This document shows positions 13,250-24,506 of a stretch of 64,000 nt of DNA, piece after piece; the stretch's first letter is position 1, and the number at the start of each line of letters is the position of its first letter. The notes below the pieces were generated by a model. It had not been told where the DNA came from, searched no databases, and saw nothing but the letters and a program-made list of their open reading frames with translations. Where the stretch lies: NCBI GenBank assembly GCA_907165135.1, contig OU015568.1:10788001-10852000 (forward strand), read 5' to 3'. Made by a program: the position numbers and the translations under genes. Origin of the DNA: Oikopleura dioica. Its lineage: Eukaryota > Animalia > Chordata.

Positions 13250-13989
13250 ATGGCCGACGGATTTGACGCAGTCAAGGTAAATTCCAACTTACAAAACATA
13301 CTCTAAATTATTCCCAGATCATCGATGGTTCCGGCCATCTTTTCGGTCGATTGGCCGCTGTTGTCGCCAAGCAGTGCCTCAACGGACAGAAGGTCGTTGT
13401 TGTCCGATGCGAGAACATGGTTATCTCCGGTAACTTCTACCGAAACAAGCTGAAGGTAAGCACATATGTCTCCACTCACATCACAACATCTTCCCTAGGT
13501 CCTCGAATACCTCCGAAAGCGACATCTCACCAAGCCTTCCCGAGGTCCCTTCCACGGTCGATCTCCCTCCAAGATGTTCAAGCACATCATCCGAGGCATG
13601 CTCCCCCACAAGACCGCCCGCGGTCAGGCTGCCTTCAACTCTCTTAAGGTTGACTCCAGAAGCGTCATAAACCCTTAACTAACCTTCTCTAGTGCTTTGA
13701 AGGCATCCCCGCCCCCTACGACAAGTGCAAGCGAGTCATCGTCCCATCTGCCTACAAGCAGATCAAGCTGAAGCCCAACCGAAAGTACGCTTCCATCGGC
13801 CGACTCGCCGCCGAGACCGGCTGGAAATACCAGACTGTCGTCGAGACCCTCGAAGCCAAGCGACAGGCCAAGGCTAAGGTCTACTTCGAGAAGAAGCAGG
13901 AGCGAGAAAACCAGCTCAAGGCCGCCAAGGAAGCTTGCGCCGCGAAGACCAAGGATATTGATGCTCAGATCGCCGCCTTCGGCTATTAA
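13250..13989 (+). CDS. RPL13A: 60S ribosomal protein L13a (uL13)
   Basis: [71 protein letters not shown] and [10 protein letters not shown]; canonical introns. Confidence 0.97.
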
Positions 13990-14069
13990 ATAAACTGTCC
14001 ATCTCCTTGATTGTCGATTGTGTTATTTGTTGTCTTTTCTTTCGCATGTATAATTTTCGTTGCAATAGA

Positions 14070-15919
14070 ATGCAGGCAGCCGGAGGAACGAGAAAAACCC
14101 GACGTCGGGAGCACCGCGGAGTAGGTGCAAAACATCGGAGGGTCGAGATCATCGAAGGAGCAGATTTTGAATGTCCAGTGCAGCTTTACAACACGCTTCC
14201 GATGTACGAAGACGTCGACCTTGAGCACATAAAAGAAATCACCAAGCAGCGCCAGAGAGCTCTCAACATTATTGACTGTAAGTTCGGAAGATATGGGAAA
14301 GTTAGTAAGCGTTTTCAGCGGTTCATGCGGACTCGGAGGACCAAGATGCTATCAAAAGCAAGCTTGACTTGAAGTTCAAAGGCGAAAAAGTATCACCTCA
14401 CTCGGATTAGACGCATCGAACTCGAACGAAGAAGAGCGAAAGAATGATTCGATTTCTCACTGGATGCTCAAACTGGCGTTTTGCAAGCAGCCAGATTTGA
14501 AGCAATGGTTCGTGCGCAACGAAGTCAACCTCTTCCGATATCGATTCAATAAGATGAGTTCGAAGGGAAAGATACGATTTTTCGAGGTTTGCGAGAAGTC
14601 ATTTTTCAAGGATAAACTTTTTGTAGCTGTCGAAATTCAATCTCGAGAGCATCGAAAAAGGTGAAATTACTGGCGAGTTGGAAGCAAATTTAAATGACTG
14701 CTCTAACATAACAACTGCGTCGGCAAAAACCTGGTATAGAATCCCCTGGACACAGGTTGGGAGACTTGTTACACGACGTAGCATCTTTATTGATGAGGGA
14801 AAAGGTAATGACTGCGCGTAACGCCAGAAGTTATCTCGAAATTTGCAGCTTATGTGCCAGAAGAAGACCTGATCGAATTCGTTGTTGGAAAGTTCCGGTC
14901 TGAATGCAATCGATGGCTCGCAGGACTTGCCAAAAAGTTCGATGTTATGATGGAGAACGAGCAAGAACGTCTTGGTAACTGATTTTTATCTTACAACAGG
15001 TTGATATTCTTTTCTAGTGCCGATTTTGAAGTCGTTTGGCAACACGATTGCGGACGCTGATTTCTCATCGACTGAAGGTCGCTTGACCATCAACTCTATT
15101 GAAACGATGCGAAAGACATCCTTACCTCCTTGCATAAGACAGCTTTTGGATGCACTTCAAGTTGATAACAAGCTGAAACATGACGTAAGAATTCTCTATT
15201 CGATAAGATATTAGCGGCAATTCAGGGACGAGTACACTTGTGGGCATTTTTCAAAGCCGCCGGAATGCCTCTTGAAGATGCGCTAAAGTTCACATTCACG
15301 CGGATGACAGCTTATGCGAATCCCGAGAAAGAGTTCAAATACAACGTTCGACACGTTTACGGAAAAGAAGGAGGTGGAAAAGGAGTCGGTATGTTTGCCA
15401 GTTTATTTTCCTCTTGATAATTTTCTTTTCGTACAGGAGCCTACGGATGTTCTACAAAGATCAAAGCGTTGCCCGTTGAAGGACAATACCAAGGTTGTCC
15501 GTTCAAGCACCAGCGAAACTTGAAGCAGCAGCTTCGCAACTGGGGCGTCAAGGAGGTTGACATCGACAAGATCAAGAAAAAGGCCGATGACGGTCACTAT
15601 CAGGTCGCCTGCAATCAGTTCTTCAAGAGCACTCACAAGGACAAGGAGGAAAAGCTCGATTTGATCACAATCCTTCATCCGAACAATTTCTTCGATCAAA
15701 GTTTCGACTGGAACACCGGCGAGCACAAACTGCTCAAGGCTGAAGACACGGCGAAGAGTGAAGCTATGGAAACATCCACCTATGAGTAAGTGATGAAAAA
15801 ACGAGAATGATTCTAATTCATTTAGGCCGGCTTGGGAAACAACTCTCCCAATGTCCCAGGCGGAGAAAGAATCACAGAGCCAAAAGGAGTTCGAGCAGGA
15901 CGACTTCATGGAAGAGTAG
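14070..15919 (+). CDS. PRIM2: DNA primase large subunit
   Basis: RKNDSISHWMLKLAFC...WFVRNEVNLFRYRF, SLPPCIRQL, KLKHDGRVHLWAFFKAAGMPLEDALKF, YNVRHVYGKEG, YQGCPFKH and GHYQVACNQFF (Fe-S cysteine region). One 1-nt frameshift near 14370. Confidence 0.93.
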
Positions 15920-16133
15920 AATAATCACCAGATCACAATCACAATTAGTTACTTGTATTATTCACCTCATTTACACACTGCCAATACACGACTGCCTTTA
16001 TTGATTTTTAAAATCTATCAATCAAAGAGGTTCAGAAATTTTTGAACTTCTTTGATGTCCAAGTACTTGTTATTTACAAACAAAAATGAACTCTTACTTG
16101 GCCAAATTCCGTCACAAGATTGATACTCGCAAA

Positions 16134-16726
16134 GACGCGCTTTTTTTAAGGTGGTGGAGGTTTTCTAGCCCACTTGCGCCTTATAAACCCTAGAACACCA
16201 TACCTTTTCGGAATCAGCAGGAAATTCTAAGAACTTTGACCCTTTTAGTTTTCGAAAATTCCACTTCCGGTCCGATTCTAGAGCCGGAAGTTGGCGAAAT
16301 TTAGGAGTTAGGGTAAAGTTTGACATATCAAATTGATGCTCAGAAGATTTCCTATAATTTAAAGCAAGAATCGATCCCGACCGCGGTCAAACCAACCTGT
16401 TAAAACTGAAAAAAAAATCATCAATTTATGCGTTTTTTCATAATTTTACCGGTTCGATTGACCACGTTTGGGACTGTTTCATCTGACATATTCATTTCAG
16501 GATGACTCAAAACGTTCCGAGCATCAATTTGATATGTCAAACTTTACCCTAACTCCTAAATTTCGCCAACTTCCGGCTCTAGAATCGGACCGGAAGTGGA
16601 ATTTTCGAAAACTAAAAGGGTCAAAGTTCTTAGAATTTCCTGCTGATTCCGAAAAGGTATGGTGTTCTAGGGTTTATAAGGCGCAAGTGGGCTAGAAAAC
16701 CTCCACCACCTTAAAAAAAGCGCGTC
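16134..16726. mobile_element. Non-autonomous foldback/MITE-like element with 208-bp apparently perfect terminal inverted repeats
   Basis: 16134-16341 is the reverse complement of 16519-16726 (GACGCGCTTTTTTTAAGGTGGTGGAGG ... CCTCCACCACCTTAAAAAAAGCGCGTC). The spacer is about 177 bp with no ORF, and the element is flanked by AAA on both sides. Confidence 0.85.
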
Positions 16727-16985
16727 AAAGCAAACTGAATATAATTACCTTCTCAAATAACAACTCAGCAGGTTTACTGACTAGAGTTATCTCCAATGTC
16801 AAGTTGGCAGGGCAATATTTTTGGAATCAGAAGAGTTATTGTTATTTCGTCATGATTTGACTTTTCAAGGGAGGAAAATCCACCTCTGTTGTGCTGAATT
16901 TATCGCACAATAAAGATATCTAACGAGCTGATGAACGAGAGCTGTAATTCTTAATAAGAGCCGGATCAAGTTGTGTTCGTCTGAG

Positions 16986-17441
16986 CAGGGTGGAACGTTG
17001 GGGCAAAAAAACTGAATTTGGCCGCCCGATTGCCCGCCCGATTAAAATTTTCTTTATCGGCGCCGCCCGATTGCCGCCCGACTTTTTGCCCGCCCGATTT
17101 GCCCGGGCGCCGACTTTTGCCCGGAAATTTCGGCAACCCCCAAACCAAAAAATATGTAAATTTATTGAAGAAAAAGGATTATTTTGTATCCCGAAGGAAG
17201 AAGGGCACTCATGGAGAACCGAAACCGGACGTTTTAAATAAAATTCCAGTATTTATGTCCCTTTAGATACCATTTTTTCTTCTGGGCGCCGACTTTTTTT
17301 CCGGGCGCCGATTTCTGCCCGATTGCCCGACTTTGCCCGATTTTTACCTCGTAAAATCGAGCCTTGCGCCGCCCGATTTGCCCGCCCGCCCGATTTTTTG
17401 CCCGGTTTGCCCGACTTGCCCGGTCCCAACGTTCCACCCTG
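16986..17441. mobile_element. MITE (hAT/P-like termini) with 17-bp TIRs and 7-bp target-site duplication
   Basis: TIR CAGGGTGGAACGTTGGG ... CCCAACGTTCCACCCTG. Direct repeat GTCTGAG at 16979-16985 and 17442-17448. Many subterminal GCCCG(ATT/ACT) motifs; no coding capacity. Confidence 0.88.
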
Positions 17442-18217
17442 GTCTGAGTAATTGACTGATTCTCAACGTATCGTGTTCTCGCAGAACCTGAAAGAGCACA
17501 TCTCGGTATTTCATAATCAAATTTGATGGAGATGATCATGTCTTCATCTTTAGAAACATAAATCTTTGTAATCGGCAATGCCTTGCGGTTGTCCTTAAAC
17601 TCATCAATCTACGAGTTTATGTGCTGACATATTCAAATGACTTTCCTGCGGTTTCTATGAGAACTTCTTCGGGATATTTTGATATTCGGTTACTGCTCGA
17701 ATTTTGTGCGGCTTCATATGGAAAGAACAAGGCATCCTTGGATCTTTCCGAGTCTGGAATCATCGATGATTCCTGTCACAGGAAACGATTCGTGGTTGAT
17801 CTCGTCGCGCCGAGCGGAACACGAGTACCTCGATAACCCGTCTCAAGTTCAAAGGCCTCCGAATTCATCGTCCCAGACTTCAATGAGTTGATCCAGGCCA
17901 TCAGCTCCAGTCAATCATCCCTAATTGCAGAACTCATACGGATATTTGGAGCAAACCTTCGCGTCGTTTTTTGTTTGTCCAAAGATTTAACCGGAGCTAG
18001 AGACGGGATCGCACTCGCCTCCGGCAACGAGTAAGCGCTCAAGTTGTGTGATAAAAATCCAAGTGAACTTTTAATAAATAACTCGGCGCCGCGGGAGATT
18101 GAAATGTCCAGAGATCAACGTTCCGTTTAAAATCACGGCGAATGGAAAGAAACAACGCAGACAGCGAACAGAGAAAAAACAATAACGACTACGACTAAAT
18201 CGGATTAACGAGGCACG

Positions 18218-18883
18218 ATGAAGGTGCTTTACGTTTACGCACTCCTTATCGGATTCACCACCGGAGCTAAGGTTTTCACGAAGAAAAATGGGAAGAAGCG
18301 AGAACATCATGGTAGGGTTAACAATTTTTACGGAAACGAACTCGTGACTTAGTGACGAGAACATCCACAGATGAGTTCTCCCCTGAATTCAGCCTGGAGG
18401 ATCCAATGGCAATTCAGGCAAAACGACGAAAAATGACGATGAAGCTCCGAAGGCAAACGGAGAGAATGATCAAAGCTGCAAGAAAAGCTAAAGGTTTCAT
18501 ATAATAAAATCGATGTCAATTAAACTTTTATTTAGCTAGAGCAGTTAGATCCTCAAGAAGACGATCCAAGCGACACAGGTCAAAAAATCGTGATAAGAAC
18601 GGCCGCAAATCAAGGAGACATCGAGAACCAAAGGAAGAACGAAAATTTAACGATCGATTTTCTGGAATCAGCAAATTGAAAAGCTTTGAGTACGATAGAA
18701 TAAGCAGAGTGAACCAATTCTATCCTTTATTTAAGCGAGTCTGAGGTCCTCGGTACACGACGAGGAAGAAAAGCTGAAATGGCGCGAAACGAGATGCGCG
18801 ATTTCCGACAATTTAGACCACCAGGCTCATTCAACATGCGATTCTCCAGACTCTCTCCAAACGGTTATCGATACCGACCTTGA
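18218..18883 (+). CDS. Small secreted, highly basic orphan protein (4 exons)
   Basis: Signal-like MKVLYVYALLIGFTTGA. Three canonical GT-AG introns join an open frame rich in K/R (RSSRRRSKRHRSKNRDKNGRKSRRH) that ends RYRP*. Confidence 0.65.
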
Positions 18884-19140
18884 TTTGAATGTCAAACAAA
18901 TTTCCTTATTTCTACCTGCAACATAAATATATTTTCAAGCTTGAGCTCTGTAGATTACTTTTCTTTCCAAAAAATCATTCATCTGATCATGAAAATGCCA
19001 GCCTGCCAGGGCTGATTGTATTTGAAAATATTGACAAAATGAGCGGAGAGTGGTAATTTCTTTTGATAAATAAACACAGTAGGGCGGGGGCTTTGGGTAA
19101 AATCAGTATCTTTTGACTTTGAGAGTCCTGACTTGAGAGA

Positions 19141-20693
19141 ATGAAATTGAGCGCTTTTTTACTTGGTCTCGTTGTGAGCGATGAACAGAAGGCAATGGAT
19201 TCTGTCCGATCACTCGGCTGGGAATTTCTCTTCAGGTAAGATAAATAAGCGCTCGTTTTTAATAAGTTAAAGAAACACAAATCTTGCAAAAGGAAATACA
19301 GTAGTATCGCCGCTCTCTATCGTCAGTGCTTTGTACATGCTTGCAGAAGGTACAGATGGTAAAGCGAATTTGGAAATACAAGAAGCGCTCAACGTAACAA
19401 ACAATCCTGCTTATGTCGAAGAATACAGTCATCTTGTCAAAGAACTGAAGAACAATCCGATCGAGAGTGAGGAGAATTCCGAGTATACGCTTGAGCTTGC
19501 AAATGGCGCATTTTATCAGCAAAAGTTCCAGGGCGGCGATATTGCAGTTTTTGCCGAGGTACGATAACCGGCAATTAAGAAAATGCTGATAATTTTTTTA
19601 GAGACTTCATGCTAATTTCATCGAAAACGTTGGGGACATCAAAGGAGTAGACTTTCATAAAGCTCAAGAAGCAACGGATGTTATCAACTCTTGGGTTGAA
19701 GAAAAGACGCATGGCAAGATTCCAACGATTTTTGATGAGCCTCTTGATCAAAATACACTTCTCGTTCTTGCAAGCTCGCTTTACTACAAGGTTAAAGATT
19801 TGGAGAAACAAGGTTTAAACCATTTTAGGCTGAGTGGAAAAGCAAGTTTGAAGAAGAAAAGCCTGGCCAAGTCTGGTTCGGAGAGTATGACGAAGACACG
19901 AACGTTGAATTTATCTATCAAACAGAGAGATTCAGCCATGCGAAGAACGTCTGCCTTAATTATCCCTGCAAGGACAACGATTTACGACTGAATGTTGTCG
20001 AGATTCCTATGAATGGCAAACGAGAACATGGCGATTATGTTAGCCACTTCAATATGAGTAAGACTATACTGAAAACAAAAAATCTTGAACGATTGAAGAT
20101 ATTTGGTACATCGCACCAAAACAAACTCGAGCGATGCGCAGGCACCAAACTATTACGAAGGCGAACGACGAAATGGTCAGAGAAATCATTCAAGCTCGAT
20201 CTGCTGATTACAGGGAGCATATTCCCACGAAGGAATACCTAAGGAGCAGTTTAGTTTGACCGATGTTAGCATGAAAGATTCTTGGAAAAAAAACTTGGTA
20301 AAGACTGATGATTCCAAAGTTCTCTGTGCAAACCGCCGTCGACATGAAATCCCAACTGAAAGAAATGGGAATCAATCAAGTATTCGATGGTGGTGCCGAC
20401 TTCTCACCGATTTTCGGAGACATGGAAGATCTTGACGTTGTTGTTCAAAGCGTCAACCACAAAGTGCAACTCGACGTGGATGAAAATGGAATGGAAGGAT
20501 CCGCCGCTACTGCGATGGCCTTAGCTTTCAGGAGGTAAGGATGAAAAGAAATTTGATAATCAACCCGGATGCAACTGGCATCGGGCTACAAAAATAATTG
20601 CAAAGTCTTCAAGGCCGCGTAGTAGCTGACTTCGCTATTAAAGATATGGATAACTGTGTGACTAACACCTTAGCCCAAGTTAAACAGCACTAG
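19141..20693 (+). CDS. Secreted serpin
   Basis: GNTVVSPLSIVSALYMLAEG, INSWVEEKTHGKIPTIF, LVLASSLYYKAEWKSKF, LMIPKFSV and hinge VNHKVQLDVDENGMEGSAATAMALAFR|S. Includes a probable 29-nt GA-AG intron at 20215-20243 and a 1-nt slip near 20300. Confidence 0.88.
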
Positions 20694-21564
20694 AAAAAAT
20701 AAAATGCCATTTCGCTTGGCTTTATTATGGTTGTCGTTAGAAGTTCTAACTTATAACTGTTAAAGTGGATCGAAATTGAGCAAATTTTCTAGTGCGAGGT
20801 CCCCGCGAAGATTAGACATCAACTCGCCGTTCTACTTTTCCGTCACTAATCGAAAGTACACCTCCGAAAGTACAATATCTGCCAACGTTCCCATATTTGT
20901 TGGCAAAATTTCCAACCCCTAATTGATCAATAAAGTTCCCTTTGCTTTGTTTTATCTCCTGTCGACCTCGAACGCTTATCAAGCCGCTTGTTTTGACGCA
21001 TCTTTCCAGTCCAGTGTCCTGTCTTTTGAAGATTGTTTAAACGCTCTTCCGGGTGAAGGAATTCTAGCAATTCCAGTATTATTTGCCGGAAGGAAGGTGG
21101 TGCGAAAAAATCGAATTTCCAGCAGCGTAAAACAGCATGAAATTTGGCGTCACGCATTGGGGCGCCCCGGGGGTACGATGAAGCTGATAAGGAAAATAGA
21201 TCATTTCGGACTGTGAACAACCGGCGGGTATCACCCTGGCTTAGCCAAGCACTTGACAGGCGCCACTCACATTTTACAAATTGTCTTTTTTGCGCCTCTT
21301 TTTTCTGCTGAATCACTTCCATTGTACGTGTCCCTTCAAGAGAAAATTTTGTAAGCGCTGCTTTTCAATTCAGCAATCTCGTTCACAAAGAGGCCTTAGA
21401 TAGGGCCCTCGCCTCCGTCTTAAACAAGCCTCCATCTAAGGTGAGTTGTCAGAGAGTCTTTTGAAGAGATTAGCGAATACATCCGGACGCCATTATAGAC
21501 AAGACTCGTGCTGATTTTAGCGAAATTACAGAGGAATTTAGACCGCTAGAGAACACGCACCAAA

Positions 21565-22310
21565 ATGAAGATCTTCGCCTTTTTCCTTTCATTCACAATG
21601 GCCAAAGACGTTAGTGTTACTTGTAACACAAATCCGTTCTACAACAAACTTTCAAAATGCGTTATTGACGATTGTACATCAAGGTAAGCGCAAATTAGCA
21701 CATCTCGAACGTCATAGAACTAACCGCAAGAATTCGACTTAGCTTTGCCGGCCAAGAGTCCTTCTTTTGCGGAGATCCCATGACTAGATTATGACGATAA
21801 AAAGTGCACTGAATTTTCACTAATAATTTACTAGGCGATGTATTGAAACAACCTGTAATGTGAGATCTGATGGCTCGCTAGATGGACCGGAAGATTGTCA
21901 AATATTGACGGACCTTCGATACAATAAGCTTTTACCAAAGGAAAGTTTAACAGCGGTTTTGTTTCTTTTTATCGGATTCAGTATTTTAATGCCTTACGTA
22001 GGAGCTTCAAGATCCGGTGATGAAATATCAAAATAAGCGAGATTATTATGAGGTAAGTTCTAATTTCAAGATGAAGTTCTAATTTTTCTTTCAAAGAGTT
22101 CCGCTGATTTCGACTACGACTGTCTCTACGAGTCAGATGACGAGGAACTGAACACAAACTGCCGGAAATTAGTTCAACCCGAACGCCCAACTGCTGTTCT
22201 AGTGCACACGACAACGCCCTGCTCATGGCTTGACTTGCTGATCCTAACTATTGGTTCCTGCCTCGGCTTCATTAGCATAATTATGCTGATTCTGTGTTAT
22301 TTTAAATGGT
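21565..22310 (+). CDS. Orphan single-pass membrane protein with small Cys-rich ectodomain (3' end uncertain, may extend to about 22530)
   Basis: Signal-like MKIFAFFLSFTMA, Cys-rich exons (VTCNTNPFYNKLSKCVIDDC; CIETTCNV) and hydrophobic segment WLDLLILTIGSCLGFISIIMLILCYF. The frame needs two GA-AG introns. Confidence 0.5.
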
Positions 22311-22704
22311 AAATTCTCACCATTTGCCCGTCAAAAATCATAGTGTTGTTTAGCAAAGGGCTGTATTGTTTCGCGCCAGATATTAGCACAGCTGAACGTG
22401 AGAAGATGCTTCAACTTTCTTGAATGGAGAAACTGATGACATTTGTCTTCTCGAATAAGATGATATCATTGAAACAACACCGCCCATGTCCCCACCGAAA
22501 TGTTCATTCTTCAACATTCCCTGTCAATAAATAATAAATAAAAATAGTTTTCTTTTTTCTTCGGCAAATTAGAGGTTGATAACATTAGAATGTGTGGAGG
22601 AATTCATAGATATCATTAAACAGTTTCAATGTTTATTCTCGTACTCTACACTGTAGAGTCTACAGAGTCCTTAGACATACCGTATGTCACATACGACTTG
22701 ATTT

Positions 22705-23200
22705 TTACAGAAGAGTAACGTTGAACCTTGCAAAACATCGTTGGATGGGCATCGGACATTGTTTGGGGTCGAGTTCGATGATCTGATGCTCTTCGCCCGG
22801 GCTAGTGAAGAGCTCCCGTTGAAACCACACTTGACCGTCCATGATGTCAGCCTGTTCAGCTACGGCCTTGAATTTTTCTCCTCTCCATCTAAGCAGTATG
22901 CAATAATTGTCAATAATAAAAATTTTCGAGTGACTTGCAATTTTATATTTTTATTCACATAAAGTAATGTTATCAATTACCTTTGGCCAAGTACAAATGA
23001 AAATCGAGTAAACAGACAACCCCATAAATTGTCAATTTTTTTTCTTCTCGCTTGAACTTGAGCTTCCATCCAGACTCAGTGACCTCCCAGTTATTACCCC
23101 AAAAAACTTCACGAGGTATCTCTTGAAATTATTTATTTGTTTTCAATCATCTAAATTTAAACGGAAATTCTCCTTTTTCTTGAGGTCTATTTCAAGATGG
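22705..23200 (-). pseudogene. Spliced minus-strand coding remnant; 5' end abuts the foldback element
   Basis: Exon-like frames YHLEIDLKKKENF|RYLVKFFG.NNWEVTESGWKLKFKREEK...|...RWRGEKFKAVAEQADIMDGQVWFQRELF* with GT-AG boundaries. No start codon was found before the repeat at 23272. Confidence 0.35.
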
Positions 23201-23271
23201 TACACATTCACACCATTCAATTTTTGATGGTACACACTTTACCCCCTTTCCCCTTTTATGCGCCAAAAGAG

Positions 23272-24506
23272 GGAATGACGACTAGGTTCGTGAGGACTAG
23301 GTTCGTGTGACTAGGTTCGTGGGGGTTCTGCCAGAGTATTGAAATCGGCCTTTATTTTGGGGCAGTAAGGGAAATGGGTTGATGACTAGGTTCGTGTGAC
23401 TAGGTTCGTGAAATTTTAGATAGAAAAAATTTTGGGGCAGTAAGGGAAATGGGTTGATGACTAGGTTCGTGTGACTAGGTTCGTGAAATTTTAGATAGAA
23501 AAAATTTTGGGGCAGTAAGGGAAACGGGTTGATGACTAGGTTCGTGTGACTAGGTTCGTGAAATTTTAGATAGAAAAAATTTTGGGGCAGTAAGGGAAAC
23601 GGGTTGATGACTAGGTTCGGGTGACTAGGTTCGTGAAATTTTAGATAGAAAAAATTTTGGGGCAGTAAGGGAAACGGGTTGATGACTAGGTTCGTGTGAC
23701 TAGGTTCGTGAAATTTTAGATAGAAAAAATTTTGGGGCAGTAAGGGAAACGGGTTGATGACTAGGTTCGTGTGACTAGGTTCGTGAAATTTAAAAAATGA
23801 AAAAATGTGGGACTATATTTGCCAAATAAGTATCCCCCACCCCCGTATAAGCCGCTAGGCTCTCACAATGTTTTATTTAAACTTTTAATTTTAAAGCCTA
23901 ACCCTAACAAACAAAAAATAAAATAAACAACGAACCTTGTCTTCACGAACTTAGTCTTCACGAACTTAGTCTTCACGAACCTAGTCACGCGAACCTAGTC
24001 ATCAACCCATTCCCTTGCTGCCCCAAAATTTTCCTCTTTAAAATTTCACGAACCTAGTCACAGGAACCTTGTCATCAAGCCATTTCCCTTACTGCCCCAA
24101 AATGGTGAAGATACAAAAAAATACATATAAAAATCCAAATTTCACGAACCTAGTCACACGAACCTAGTCTTCACGAACCTAGTCTTCACGAACCTAGTCA
24201 CACGAACCTAGTCTTCACGAACTTAGTCTTCACGAACTTAGTCTTCACGAACCTAGTCACACGAACCTAGTCATCAACCAATTTCCCTTACTGCCCTAAA
24301 ATTTTTCTATTTAAAATTTCACGAACTTAGTCACACGAACCTAGTCATCAACCCATTTCCCTTACTGCCCCAAAATGGTGAAGATACAAAAAATGCATAT
24401 AAAATCCAAATTTCACGAACCTAGTCACACGAACCATTTTTTCCAACATGGCACCCACGAACCTAGTCACACGAACCTAGTCCTCACGAACCTAGTCATC
24501 GGTCTC
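23272..24506. mobile_element. Foldback/Mutator-like element with tandemly repeated inverted arms and 9-bp TSD
   Basis: Left arm carries GACTAGGTTCGT motifs, right arm carries ACGAACCTAGTC. The outer ~46 bp are near-identical inverted copies. CCAAAAGAG is directly repeated at 23263-23271 and 24507-24515. Confidence 0.8.
23356..23790 (+). repeat. 75-bp tandem repeat (about 5.5 copies) in the left arm of the foldback element
   Basis: Unit starts recur at 23384, 23459, 23534, 23609, 23684 and 23759. Inverted, more degenerate copies are interspersed with 14-bp subrepeats at about 23930-24500. Confidence 0.92.

Noticed and set aside
20923-21322. ORFs on both strands between the serpin and the TM gene
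   Set aside because: No recognisable motif, and I could not build a consistent spliced model. A gene may still be present.
22642-22695. Two tiny adjacent palindromes (ACTCTACA/TGTAGAGT; GACATAC/GTATGTC)
   Set aside because: They are too short to assign a function and may be transposon footprints or chance.
23279-24500. CRISPR-like array
   Set aside because: The intervening sequences are identical rather than unique spacers, the arms are inverted, there are no cas genes, and the context is eukaryotic.
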